Shown here: piece after piece, positions 27,105 through 40,897 of the stretch
Layout of the letters: each line of letters starts with the position of its first letter
How positions within the stretch are numbered: position 1 is the first letter of the stretch
Assembly (NCBI RefSeq): GCF_006345805.1
Contig: NC_043010.1
Coordinates: forward strand, 44,702,001 to 44,766,000
Source: Octopus sinensis
Taxonomy: Eukaryota
DNA: 64,000 nucleotides
Reading direction: 5' to 3'
The notes under the pieces: generated by a model
The model's input: the letters and a program-made list of their open reading frames with translations, nothing else
Databases searched by the model: none
What the model was told of the DNA's origin: nothing
Program-made: the position numbers and the translations under genes

Positions 27105-30100
27105 TAGGCTTTTACGCGCATCTCGGACATGCTTGAACAGGTAAAATCTCCCAGTAGCACTGCCAAACCAGAGATTTTTGGAAGTTATCCATCGGTCTGG
27201 GACCGAATGCTCTTTGAAAAAGAGCGACTAGCTGATTTTCTTCGACGCCCGAGACCTCCCCAAGAACATCGTCGCACTTTCCTTTCACTAATCCTCTAAA
27301 GGAAGCTAAAGTGAGCTGTCCACCTATCGCAGTGTCCGACAGGCTGAGGGCTGTGAGCACTTGAAGACATTCCACTTTCCAAATGCCTTCTCTCGGTCTC
27401 TATTTGACCAGGACTGCAGCTCAATAAAAGTAACCAGCTGAGTAAATACGCATTTGGCGAACGACGACCACACATGTTCACCGTCAAAGAAGCACCGGAG
27501 ATGTCGAAACGTTAGCACATATTAGCACATCATCAACCACGGCACGCCCAGGCCACCATGCAGCGGGTGTTGACAGCAGATAGACCGCCTGACCATCAGG
27601 ACACGTCCCTTCTACAAGAAGCGGAAGAGTATACACTTCAACGTAATCAGACGGTGGCCAGGACAAGGCATGACAGTCAAGCGGTAATGGATGACGGACT
27701 CAATGTACGCATTAGCCACCTCTGCCTGACTTTTCAGGGATAGATTCTTCTCGGCTCATTTTTGGATGAGAGTAGTCACTCTGCTCGTTACCACATCCCA
27801 GTTTTTGTCTATCTGGAAGTCTGGAAGTCTGAACAAAACCAGACCCCAAACAACTTAACCGATCTGTCCGTCCAGCGCGAAACAACGCAGTTGGACGGTA
27901 TGGATTTTTTCTCCAGGTGCCAGGTCGCAAGCCCACTGATTTTTCTTGGTTAATCGTCGCTCTTGATACTGCTTCGTAGTCACGGAGAGCGGTGCCCGCC
28001 ATTTCCATGTGTTTGTTTTCCAACTCCATTACGGTGACGTCTCCAGCATATGCTGACACGCATCTCATACATCCTAGGGCAGTTAGGATGTCCCTCAACG
28101 TCTCCAGCTTGTGTAATAGTGGCTCGAGAGTCAGTACGTACAAGAAGGACGAGAGGGGGCAATCTTGGCCGACCGGGCACATGATATTGACAGATGTCGC
28201 TGTGCATTGCAGCGATCCAGTCCCTTAATACAAGCCCGAAACCGGTTGCGTTGAGAACCGCCGCCAAGGATAGATGGCCGACACTATCGAAAGCTTTAGA
28301 CTGATTAAAATTGATCAGAGTCCCATCCGTGCTAGTTTCTTTAGCCACTTTCTCGATGATGTATCATGTGAGGTGGAGATTGTTGTGGATAGATCTTTTC
28401 GAGATTATGTATCTTGCGCCTCCCCAACCAGATCACCGATGACAAGCGCTAACCTCGTAGCTAATACCTTGGCCAAAATTTTGAACTCTGCATTCAGCAG
28501 AGTTATGGTTCTAAAGTTGTCTATACAGTCCTCCTTACTAATGACTTGTAGGTACGCGGTATTTCGTTATGCAAACAATATGCTATAAAGTATATTAAAC
28601 GTTTTTATAAGTCAATACCGCATTCTACAGCGTTAACAGTGCGCTTTACATTACTTGTTAAGGTTATCTCTGCAGATGTTCTATAGAAATTATAGCCAGC
28701 ACCATCTTCGATAGTATTGTTTGCTTACATTTGACGTCTCGAATACGAAGCGTCGTAAAAAAAGCAATGCTGGTTATAGTTTCTATAGAACATCTGTAGA
28801 GATAACAGTAACCCCCCTTGTTCGTTCTTTTTTTCTCAGTAACGCCAATGCTCCTCGGTTCATAATACTGGGAATTCCCCTATTCTGTTGCCAGTTGCAG
28901 TAAACGTTTGCCAAAATGTCACTAAGTGTTGGAGTCCCACCGTACATCTAACAACCCATTCCAATCTTCCGCTAACTCTAAAGGGCGGGACGTTCCCAGA
29001 AAAGTTTCCAGACACCTGAAGAAATCTGGTCGTCCTGCTCGGGGCATAGACGGCAACTAGCTTGAAAGTATATCCTTCGGTGTCTGTCACGTCCAGCACC
29101 ACCGACTTGCCCTCCGGATCCAGGAAGATCGTCCGTATTGCAAGATCCAGATTCTTCGGAACCTTCAAAGTGACTCTGCTTTCTGCTCCCAGTCGAGTTA
29201 AAGGTGCGAGCACCTCACAGTCACCGAAAATAGCTTGGAAGTCCATTGAGTCAGAAATTCTGGTTTCACTAATGGCCATCACATTGACATTCTGTGCCCT
29301 GAGGTCGTTGAGCAGGTGACCCTGCTTCCAAGGCGACCCCAGGCCACGTGCATTCACGTTACTTATTCTATTCATGACCATGTTGTCGGGAAAAGAAAAT
29401 GAAAGAAAAAGAAAAACTTGAAGGAGCAGTTTGCTCGTCCCTCCTGTTGGATTGGGGTGTTTCCACCAGCAAAGTACCGAGTTTTCTCTTGGTGATGTTC
29501 GCTCGAAAATCTCCGGTTTCCTGTGGGAATATAGTTTTCAGGTGTGTGTAAGTGTTTTGTGTTGTTTGAACGATTTGTATGCTTGTAGTTAGGGAGTTAT
29601 GTGTGCGTAGTGGGTGTTACAAAATTTGTTTGTGTTATGTTGGTGTGTGTCTTTATTCACAAAATTCATAAAATCTTCGTTTCTTGTGCATATTGCCAAA
29701 TAGTTTTACAAACTACTTGGCTGGTCTCTTTACTTAGTATTTGCGGCTGCTGTTGTTGTGTGTGTGGGATAGATTGTGCTTGTCGTGTTATTGGTTGAAG
29801 TAGTGTTTCAGGTGTTTGTGATAGTAGTGTCGAAGCAGTATCTGTTTTGTGTTTATTTTCATCTGTGCAGCTTTTCTTTTCTTCCTCTTCACAGTTTGTG
29901 TGGATGAGGATTGTTCTGTTTCTGTCGATTTGCTTTTCTTCCTTTCTTTTCTTTTTTTTTTTTTTTGTTTTGTCTTCCACTCCTCGTCCCGATCAGACTC
30001 TGCACATGTGATGTCTGCTCGCTCGGTATCGGGAAGTAGAACATCTTCTGGCGTTGAGAAGTGTCTGGGGGAATTTGGTGTTGGTATGTTAGGTATTGGT

Positions 30101-31200
30101 GCTGCTGCGGTTGAAGTTGCTGATCTTCATGGTGCTGTTGTCGTTGTCGTTTGAGTTTTGGCGGCTGTTGTTGGTGTTGGGAGGAGAGGTGCTTGCTTTT
30201 CTTTTTCCCTCAATCTAGGGCAGAAAGTTTTTAGGTGAGTGGCTGAAAGACAAATGTGACACTTTGCCTTCCTTCCATCCACTTTGACTGGAATGATATT
30301 GCCTTCAGGAAGATGGATCTGGTCTGGAATGACAATCCACATTCCTTTGGCTTGTTTGGATGAGGACCTCTATCGTCACCCCCGACCAGTTCTCCTTTTT
30401 GGTCTGATATTTTCGAGTTTTCGAGTTTTCCTCGGTGCCTATTGTGACCGCTGCAATAAGCCAAGGAATGCTATTTCTGGCGACCCCTATTGTATGATTA
30501 TCTTTGCCAGTTTCTTACCGCAGTAGAAGAGAACCAACAACAGCTCCTCGCTTTTGAGTAGTCTAAGAGAGTGAGATTTAGCTTCCTCCTCCGTGTGGAA
30601 CCTCACCTCCACCATCCCGTAGCTTTCCACTTTGAATGTATTCTTTTAGATTCCAAACGGAATATAAAGCCTTTTATATTTGAGCCTCGGTGGCTCATTG
30701 TATCCTCTTTGACTTTAATTCTATTATACGGTACATCACTGTGCGACGTGTCGCATTTTGGATAGTGTCGATGGCGGTGTTTAGTTTGACAGCTAGGCCA
30801 TCTCGCTTGACTAGCTGTCTGGCATTTTTAACTTCCTCTTCAGATAATTTTATTCTCTGAAGAGAGGACTTGGTAGCACTAGCAAAAGAAAGCATAGTGC
30901 TATTTCAAGATGTTGCATCGGCTTGCTGCTCATTTCTTTCGTGGCTGCTGCTTTTGTTGTTGTTGTTGCTACTGTTGCTGTTGTTGCTTGTTGTTGTGTA
31001 GACGCCGTCTGTTGCTTCACATACGAAAGGGCCTTCATTGTTTATATTTTCAAAGGGGGTTTATATATCGATTAATATTGTCGTTACTGGAACCGTTGTT
31101 TTTCGAAAGATCCTTTAAGAGATCTGTAGTGGTTAACCGATTTATGATTGAAAATCATTTATTTACAGTGTTAGTTTAGTGATTGGTCACTAAATACAAA
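27105..31200 (-). mobile_element. Tx1/L1-clade LINE (ORF1 zinc knuckle, APE endonuclease, RT), decayed
   Basis: CHICLSATHLKTFC knuckle; NVNARGL, AISETR, LVAVYAP; QSKAFDSV, CPLSSFLYVLTLEPL, AYAGDVT; 3' AWQCYW zinc region. Confidence 0.9.
28663..28806. mobile_element. MITE-like hairpin inserted in the Tx1 LINE
   Basis: 39-bp inverted arms at 28663-28701 and 28768-28806; no clear TSD. Confidence 0.6.
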
Positions 31201-32995
31201 ATGCAGGCAACTGCTACGAGTTGCTTGAATAGAGTACATATTAGAAATATGTGTGTGTGTGTGTGTGCGTGTGTGCATGTTTCATTCGAAACAGTAGTCG
31301 ATCGGCACTTTGAGCATTTCTCTAGTGTCTGTCGTCTGCCAAAAACCTTGGGTCGTGGATAAATCTATCTCATGTGTCTTCTCCCGTCTCTGCTGCTATT
31401 GTCTGCTGCCTCTCCTGTTTCACTTGGTTTTATAATATTTGTGGCAGCTAGAAAAACAGACATACTGCAGCAGAGTTAGTACCTATATAGGTCAGCGCTT
31501 GTCCAGTTGAACTTCGCCTGACATGGCTGAGGTCGCAGGTCAAAGGAAGATGATCAATCATTTTTTTACAGAACAAAGCAAATCTTTTTTCGCGCCTGTT
31601 GATCGTCGTGGTTTGGACGACCGAGAATTCTTGGATTCGGTTTCGAATCTAGGCTTAGAGAAGGAAGTGCTGATTCTTACAGATCTTTCTCGAAAAAATT
31701 GGCACTGCTGTCATTTTTCTGTCTGTTATCGAGAAAAAAACAGACCTGTTGTCTGTTTTGGGAGACTGAGTGCCATAGTTTCACACGCTCGCACTCTCTC
31801 TTATTGATATTTGGCGATGCTTTTCACTCTCTTCCCCTCTCTCACATATGAGCGTCACCGTATTCTGTTGTATTTTCTCCATGTTGATGGGGGAAAACGC
31901 TCACAACTTTTCACTAAAAATTAATTCAGTTGAACAGCCCCAAGACCAAAAGTTTTTCTATGCTTGTTGTTTCGGCGATGAAGTTTTTCAGGAGGATGTT
32001 CAAAGCGCTTTCATTGCCTCCCAATAATTTTGCATCCCCAGTTCCCGAGCCTATGATTTTCTTTTTCCAGAGAACCTTTCATGGCGTCAGATAATATCAT
32101 GGACTGAGGTGCAACTGTTAACAACATAAGTTGGGACACTTTCATCAACAAAGAAGTTGATGTAGCCCGCAAAATATACTCTTGGAACCTTAGAACTTTC
32201 CAGGTTAAAGATTTTGATACCATTATTCGCCTTTACTCTGCGTTGTTCGGTCTCTCTTTGCATACTGTTTTTCGCTATAGCATCTCTGGACCAAACAAAA
32301 TATTAGGAGAATCGAAGCAGCATGCAAGAAAATATATGGCATGACAGGCCTTAATTAATGAGATGACCTCAAAAGTGCTCAAACTCTATTTTGTCCATTG
32401 CCGTTGTGCACGCTCCATTATTTGTACAATGTGGAAAATATTCCAGCAACATTGTTCAAACGATGCTAGCATCAAATTTGAATCTTTGTGGTTTTCATCA
32501 TTGTTTACAATTTCTCACTCTAAAAAAAAAAAAAAATTAATGCATCATATCGATGTAATTTTTGACGTTGAATCCGAATTTATTTTCATTTATTTCAGAA
32601 AAATTTTGCAAAAATGTTACAGGTGTTCAAAGTTTAATAATTTTTCAGAATTTTCAGGCAATCAGAAAACAGCGCATTTGCTGCCTCTTCCATTATCAGG
32701 GAGTGGGGGCATCGGCACGTTAAAATATTGTTAGAAATAACAGTCAAAACATTAACACGAATGAAGTTAACATTAAATCATTCTAAATCCCCGAAATATA
32801 TCTCATTTTGAATACTACCACCAAATCACTAATGCAATAGTTGCCACTCCTGCCAAACCAGTATCACTACTGAAAAAATTTCAGCCACCTGTCAACCTCT
32901 GCCACTCCTCACCTTTATATGTAGCAGCACTATCCCTGTCATCACCATCAGCTTTTGTGACAATTTGGAAAACCATTGTGTTTGAATGAAAGAAG

Positions 32996-33046
<51 letters not shown>

Positions 33047-33369
33047 GAAAGAGAGATAGAAAGTGGGGAAGGAAAGTAGGCAACTTGTTTCAACTTGTTT
33101 GCAAGTAAAGACAATCGCTAGAGTAACCCACACTCAGAGAACAGATTGGGAGAAGGAAAGAAAGAGAGTAAGAATAAAAAAGCTTTCATACGATAAGGTG
33201 AAAATATAATGATAAATCTGGATATAGATTTCTGCATGCATTCGCATACATACGTGTTTGGTTGGAGCTGAGTCACTTGTGACCGAGATGACCTATGCAG
33301 AAGTGGCACTTACTCTTGTAGTTGTCATACCTGTGTGTAGGCTTTTGTTTGTTTTTATCCAGTTCAGGA

Positions 33370-33720
33370 TATTCTTCATCTCACTTGGTCATTTGGAAGG
33401 CTCTCTCAAGATTCCGTATTGATATCGAACATTTTCATGTCCTCCATGCCGACGTTTTTGTAGCAGAGTGTGGTTAAAACGTCTCATCCCTGAAGTCATA
33501 GATGATATCATTTGGGATGCGGCTAACCTCCTTGTGGTGCACATGAGTCGGCCAGCGAGGTTTCGCAGCTCGAGCAGAGTGTACAAATAAGAAAGTCTAG
33601 CGTGAGACAGGTGTGTCGCGTCAGGTACTCTGTCTTGCTAGGATATGTTCAGTGGAAATTGTTCTGTTTTCTTTCCTCTCTGATTTATGCAATCCGTGTC
33701 TCTGCCGCACGGGAGTTTGC
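33370..33720 (-). mobile_element. RTE-like LINE 3' fragment
   Basis: Degenerate RWPTHVHHKEVSRIPNDIIY resembles the RTE LRWAGHV.RM...RIPK..LY motif. Confidence 0.45.
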
Positions 33721-33769
33721 TTATGACAGACAGTGTACACTGTTTTCTTTGTATTAATTATGTATTGGG

Positions 33770-35708
33770 AAATTATTCACATTCAAGATATGAGATGAGT
33801 GAGTTGAGGCTTCCTTCTCGATCCTCCAGTCAACCTCCGTGTCCAAGGAGAAGTCAGTGAGGGTAGTGCCGTGGGATATAAAGGCATGTTCAGCAGCACA
33901 GCGACGTAGATTTCGGACAGGACACAGCCTAGTTTTGACGCCTTTGCGAATATTGAAAGGCTAAAGGGAGCTACAGTTGGATTACACAGTCGCCGTCGTA
34001 GAGTAGGCAACACACCAGCAAATTGAATAATGTTTAAGACCAGTTCGGAAGAGCAAAACATATTCCTTCCATGGGGAAGAAATATGAGACTGTCGAAGTG
34101 AGGTTCGCCCCAGAGGAGGAGGCCAAAAATCACTCGACAGTCTCCATAACGAGTGACGAGCTCATCCTCATCCCTCATTTATCTTAGTCGAAGAATATTC
34201 AAAGTTAGAATACTCAACATACCACCAGAAATAAACATCTGCAGCTGGTGGCTGCGATTAATTCCGACATAGAAGAGAAAACCACAATTCTGCGAATACA
34301 GAAGCAGAACTGGTTAGGACAGGGGATGCAGATATTAATACAAGCAGATCAGCAAAGCGTCAAGGCTATCTCAGACTACATAAGCCTATCAAATGGTACA
34401 AAGCTTCACGTGGTTGTTGAAGTAGAAAGCCAAGATATCACCTGTGCAGGGACACAAATCCCCTCAAAGCTTTCTGCCTACAACAAAAGTGAGAAGGGAG
34501 ACCCCCATGGCAAAGGGTTGTGGATCGAAAAAAGCAAAAAAGAAAAAGGAACAAAGTAAAACCGACATCAACACAAAAAAACTGGCAGATATGACCAGAG
34601 GTGAGAGAGACAATTGAAAACAAACTCACAAATACCTCCCCAACATCAGCCATACGAGAACCACCACCACTATCGCAGGCACCACCATCACAAGGACAAC
34701 CCTATTCATGCACATACCTTTCAGATCGCACATCTCAACACCAGCAAAGCTCAAACATTTTGAATTACACAGCAATAAACACTAACAATAAAGAACGAAT
34801 GGATTACATATACAACCATACAGGCATTACATACATCGATATTATCAAGAAACAATACACCACCACACATTAAAGTTATACAAATATCACAAAACACATA
34901 CAATACCGTCAAAATAAAATTTCCTAAAGGAGTAAGGTCTTTCCAGAGAGACATAAAAAGACGAATATATAAAGAACTGCTTGTTGAAACATCCACATAT
35001 ACCTATGGGGACGGAACATCCATCCCTTCATCGCCAACTAAATTATTGTAAGTGACCTTTTCCGCTTCTATACCTTAATCAAATATGACTTTGCTCAGAG
35101 TAGGCAGTATAAATGCACGTGGCCTGGAGTCGCCTTGGGAAAAGGCCATCTGCTCAGCTACCTCAGGTTAATAAGTGTCGACGAAGTAGCGATCAGTGAA
35201 ACCAGACTCTATGACCAAAAAGCTTTCATGTCCATTTTCGGTGGATACAAGATATATTTATCTCCATGTCAACCGGGAATGGGAGATGAAACCGTGGTGT
35301 TGTTCCGAAGAGGCCTGAATCACAAGATAAGGACTATCTTTCTGGATCCAGAAGGTAAGTCGGTGGTCCTGGATGCGAACAGTAGTAATGGGGGTCTCCT
35401 CAGATAAGTAGCTGTTTGTTTCAACAGGAGCAGGACAACCGGATTTCTTCAGATGTCTGGGGATGGGGGTGGGGGTTTTCCAAGGAACGACTCGACTTTT
35501 AGTGTTAGTGGGTGACTGGAACGCCGTCTTAGAGTCACGTTTGGAGTGGGTGGTCTAGCTGATTGAAGAATGGATGCTAAAAGCCTCGCCAAACTGCCCA
35601 GACATTTTCAACTGTCTGACGGGTACCGACTGGATTTTCCGGATTTGCCAACGTGGACGAGGACGAAGCGCATCGGGTTATCCAGATTGCATCTATATTG
35701 TCTATAGC
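33770..35708 (+). mobile_element. Tx1/L1-clade LINE 5' fragment
   Basis: ORF1 remnant, then VGSINARGLESPW, AISETRL, IRTIFLDPEGKSVVLD, closely matching the endonuclease at 28860-29381. Confidence 0.85.
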
Positions 35709-36600
35709 TTAGGCTTCTTTATCTGCTCTTTCTTTTTCATCGGAGAGCTGCAGATTTTTTTCAATCTCCAGCAGTTGTATTTTCAGGCGGGACTCTTCAC
35801 TGCTTTCAATTTGTTTGTGTAGGCGATTTGAAACTTTTGTACGACGTCTCATAAGAATTTTCCTCTCTCTGGGGATTTTGTTCTTGTGTACAGTGGCCTT
35901 TCTCTCTGGGACATGTTTGTAACATATGGCTTGCGTTACAGACATGAATCGTTGAAGTTTCAGGTCGACATCCAGTGAGGAGAGACATTTAGGCCAGTTT
36001 TGTTTGAGGATCTCTTTCTCAATTTGTTTCCAGTTTGCCTTATAGAAGTTCAAGCTGGAAAGATTCTGAGTGTTGCTTGTAGGCTGCATGTCCATGCTTT
36101 CCTTTGGTCCGTATATTGTCAGCTCTACCACGTTGTGATCCGAGAGTAGCGTCGGTGTCACTTTCACGTTATGGATGAGATCCATATTATTTGTGAAGCA
36201 GAGATCCAGTGTGTTAGCTGCCCTGGTTGGTTGGAGTACTATTTGTTCCACGTACAAAGTGTTGATAAGGTTCAGGAGGGACTTCATCTGTGCTTGTTTG
36301 CATCGTGTCATTCCTGGGAGAGAAAGGCCCTCGGGCCATTTGACATTGGAAAGATTGAAGTCTCCCATAAGAAGTACACTTATGTGTTGTTCTAATGTGA
36401 CTAGAACTTCTATTTTTGTAAGGCAGTCTTCAAACTTGCCTACATGATTATGAGCATCTGGAGGGCGATATGTAGCACACATAACTACACCGAGTTGTCT
36501 TATATGTACAATTAGTGTGTCACATACTGAATTTGAGTGTGACAAAAGAACCTGGGGTGTGAGGTCTTCGCGGATGTACATAGCAACTCCACCATGACTC
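35709..36600 (-). mobile_element. CR1/L2-group LINE endonuclease segment (open 290-aa frame)
   Basis: TYRPP, LLMGDFN, PTRAANTLDLCFTN, LSDHNVV, LNFYKANW; cut at (ATT)n by the adjacent R4/Dong-like element. Confidence 0.9.
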
Positions 36601-36625
36601 CTATTATTATTATTATTATTATTAC

Positions 36626-39600
36626 TTTTTTTTTTCTTCTTTCAAATTTTCTTCCATTTCTTGCCGAGTGTCTTCCCGACTCCTAGGGCAAAGAAACTCA
36701 TAGTGTATATTGGTAGGCCATTAAACCAAACTCAGTAGTTCATTCATTTTTTTTTTTTTTTTTTTTTAAAGTTAAATTAAAATGCATGAGCAGCAACAGT
36801 TCTCGCATCGACAATGCTCTTCTCAATAGTGTGATGTACCAGTTAAGACAATCTTTTGCACTTCTTGCAGGGATGGTAAGCCAGGGATCATTCTCATATA
36901 ATTTCGGTTCCCTTCTGATCATTCCTAGTGCTCCTACGATCACTGGTATTGTAACCGCCTTGAGATGCCACATTTTCTCAATTTCAATGAGTAGGTCTTT
37001 ATATTTCCTGAGCTTGTCAAACTCTTTCGCTGAGATATTATGATCACAGGGGATGCTCATGTCGATCAATAAGCAAACTTTATTGTTTTGGTCTTTCACA
37101 ACAATATCTGGTTTATTGGCTTTGATGGTTCGGTCTGTATGTACTGGAAAGTCCCACAGAATGGTTACATTTTCTCCTTCAGTTACAGCCTCAGGGTGGT
37201 GATTATACCACTTGTCGGCAGTTTTGATATTGTAATGCCGACTTATTAGCCAGTGGAGATATTGGCCAACTCTGTCATGTCTTAATTTATACTCCATGGT
37301 GCTAAGACTTTACATCCAGAGATTAGGTGGTCCACTGTTTCAATCATGTCGTTGCAGAATCGGCATTTTGGGTCTGCTCCATTTTTCATCACATTGGCCT
37401 GGTAGTTCCGGGTTGATAGGCTTGGTCTTGAGCAGCCAGGATGAAACCTTCGCTCTCTGCTTTTAGCCATGAGCTCCGCAGCCACTGATGGGTTTGCTTC
37501 TGGTCAACATCAGCTTGTTTGCTGCGGGTCACATATTTGCCGTGCAGAGGTTTCTCCTCCCACCTATCAGCCAATTGCTCGTGCGCTTTTTTCATTGCCA
37601 TCTTTCACCTTCTTTTTGCAGCAATAGTTGCCGTACTTCCCTCGGGTGTTCAGTTTGGGTATCCTGCACGAGATCAATAGCAAATTTTGCTTTCCTTGAT
37701 GATAGAATGAAGCTTCTTTCGTCTCTCGTGATTTTCCACGAGCTTTAGCATCCAGTCATTCGATATTTCGAGATATTGGCCAGTCCAATTGTGGTTGTTT
37801 TGTAAGCTAGTTCAAATTGGATCATGCCTCGACCTCCTTGGGCTCTGGGAAGGTAAAGGCGATCTACGTCTGCTTTTGGGTGGTGCATCCTGTTACAACT
37901 CAGCAGCTTGCGTATTTTTCTATCTATATTCTTTACTTCACTCATATTCCAGTTCAACACATTGTAGCTATAAGTAACAACTGGAACTGCTAGGGAATTT
38001 AAGCTAACACCTTGTTACGTGCATTTAGTTCAGATTTCAGGACTGCACGAACTCTCCTATAACATTCCTTCCTGATTTTCTCTTTCATGCTTGCATGCTG
38101 AATACCAGAGCCTTCATTTATCCCTAAATATTGTATGTTTGTTCTTGCTCAAGCTCTCTTATGACTGTGTCAACATCTAACACGACTGAATTTGTGGTCT
38201 TCACTTTCCCTTTCTGGAAAGTGGCCTTGGCACACTTCTCAAGTCCAAACTCCATCCCGATGTCATCGCTGAATGATTTCACGGTGCGCAATAGGCCTTC
38301 AAGTTCATTATTGTCTTTACCATAAAGTTTTAAGTCATCCATATAAAATAGATGGCTTATTTTTTATTGGCAATTTTATACCCATACCTGTTCTGTTTAA
38401 TTCACTTGTAAGGGGTATTAGGGCTATGCAGAATATTAAAGGTGAAAGTGAGTCGCCTTGAAAAATTCCACAGTTGATGTTTATTTTCTGAGGCAAGTAC
38501 TCCATTAGAGTGGTATAATTGGAGATTCGTATTCCACAACGACATATTGTGCTTCAGGAGGAAGTTGAAATCACGGGGGAAATTTTGAAGATGTCCAGCG
38601 ATCTCAAGATCCATGGATGCGGTATACTGTCGAAGGCCTTTTTATAGTCAATCCATGCGGTGCTGAGATTTCTGCGCTTGTTGTGACAGTTCTCAAGGAT
38701 CATACGATTGATTAGCAGTTGATCTTTGCATCCGTAAGAGCCTCGGCGACACCTTTTTGTTCAATGGGGAAAATATCGTTCTTCTCCATGAATGCATATG
38801 TTTTCTCCGCCAGGATAGATGTTAGGATTTTATACGTGGTGGATAGACAGGTTATAGGCCGATAGTTTTTGGAAGGTTGGTTTCGTTATTCTTTGGGAGT
38901 AGGTAAGTAATGCCACTTGCTAACATTCAGGTGTTTTCTTTGGGTCTCTCATAATTCCATTGAGCAGCTGAACTAGCTTACCGTGTGCGCACGGGAGCGA
39001 TGCGAGCCAGAAATTCGGCACCCTATCTTTACCGGGGGATTTCCAATTATGGGCCTTCGTGAGTGCCTTTCTTAGGTCTGCTATTGTGATGTCTTCCCAT
39101 GCTTGTTGTTGTAAATTTTGGTAGGATCCTTCAGTTTGTATAATCCAGTCTGCATTTATGTTGTACGTCTTCTTGTCACTCCAAATCCTTTTCCAAAGTT
39201 TTTAACTTCTTCCATGGGAGGGGTGTCTTTAACGGTTACTTTCTCCTTCCCTATTTCTCTGTAGAATTTTTTGGCATTGGATGTGAACAGCTTATTTGCT
39301 TGTAAAACTTGTTTCTCTTCTCAAATCTTCGTATTCTTTGGGCTTTTGCTTGGACTTTTTGTTTCAGCGTTTCTTTTATTGATATCAGTTCTTCTCTTGG
39401 TGAGGATCCAATTTTCTCTTCATCTTTCCTGTTCTGGATCTTACATCATTTCCACATATTAGTTCATTTAATATTGATATTTCCCCTCTCATAAATTCAA
39501 TCTCTTTTTCAATTTTACTTCTCCAGGTTTGATTTCTTCCAGGTTTTGTTTTCTTTGTTTTTTCGGGGGCATACAGCTGGTTTCAATTGCCCTAGCAGAA

Positions 39601-40480
39601 GCGTAAATAATTTCATTTAACTCAGTAAAATCAGGTTTTAATTCTCGTATTATTCATTTGTTACATAGTTGCCAATTTGGATTTGTTTTTTATTTTGGTT
39701 TGTATTTGAGTTTATGAAGCGGTTCTCTATCATTCATACTTGTATGTCTTACAACTTCAAGCGTATTCAGGATTTTCTGCCTCATTCTGCTATATAGACT
39801 CTCTGTGTTCTTCAGCAAATGCGAGATCTTCAGTTACTGTTGTTTCTTCGTTTTCCTGGCTATCTTTAACAGGTACAATAGAATTTCTTGTATCTTCAGG
39901 CCTTTGCGTACTTTGGTCAGATGGCAGTCTTTCAATTAAGCCTCGTGGGGCTATACTGTTCATCTGATTCTTCATTTCCTTTGTGTCTTATATTTATGTC
40001 ATTTTCCGTTGCGTGCTTGATCGCGCTTATTTCACTGTCTGTGAGTCTGTTATTTCTAAAGATATCCCTCCTCACATTTGCTAATTTGTTCTCGTCCAAA
40101 TAGGGCCTACTGTCTTGATTCCGTGTTCTCCATATACTGTAAGAGTTTGCGGTGTGTCTCTCTTGAGATGGCCTACCTAATGCATAGTAATAAGCGTATA
40201 TTACTTCTTTATACTCTTCTCGGGCCATTTGTTCCGCTTACATTTTTCTTTCTGTGGTGGTTGTGGTGGTGAACTTGGAGGGCTCGAGTTGGGGGATTTC
40301 CCGTTCAAGTGACCATCCATGTCCGTATTCGAAGAAGAGTTTGTGCCATTTGATGACTTTTCGATCCCAGGCTGGCTCTTCCCTGGGGGACGCGCTTCCA
40401 GATTAACCATAGGACAAGCGATTTGGTATACTGATTTAGTTTTCCTTTTAGTTTCAAAAAACATTTTGGTGCTACGATAA
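36626..40480 (-). mobile_element. Near full-length R4/Dong-like LINE (RT, CCHC finger, restriction-like endonuclease), frameshifted
   Basis: MDDLKLYGK; CRFCNDMIETVDHLISGC; RHDRV, ILWDFPVHTD, NKPDIVV, LLIDMSIP, KYKDL; 3' end abuts (TAA)n. Confidence 0.93.
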
Positions 40481-40897
40481 TGTTATCATTTTTAGCTTTG
40501 ATTGGCGTCGTGGGGAGACGGCCATCATTGCCGTTACAATTATAATCGTACCATTATAGCAGCCGTAGTCGGCTTATTATTGTTATTATCATCACCATTA
40601 CCATCACTATCATCATTATCGCCACCATTACCATCATCATTATCATCATCACCATCACCATCACCACCATCATTATCAATGATATTGTTTTATGTGTAGT
40701 CACAGCAGTATCTTATTGTTATTTTTGTTTTTTTTTATCATTATCACCATCACAGTAGTGTCTGTCTGTCTCGTTGGCTGGCTTGGTGGTTGGCTGGCTG
40801 ACTGTCTTTTTTTTTTTTCTTTTTCTTTAGGTGCGGTCCTATCGGTCAAAAAAAGTTCAGATGTTTACTACTATTAGGCTTAAGAAAAATTAAGGAA

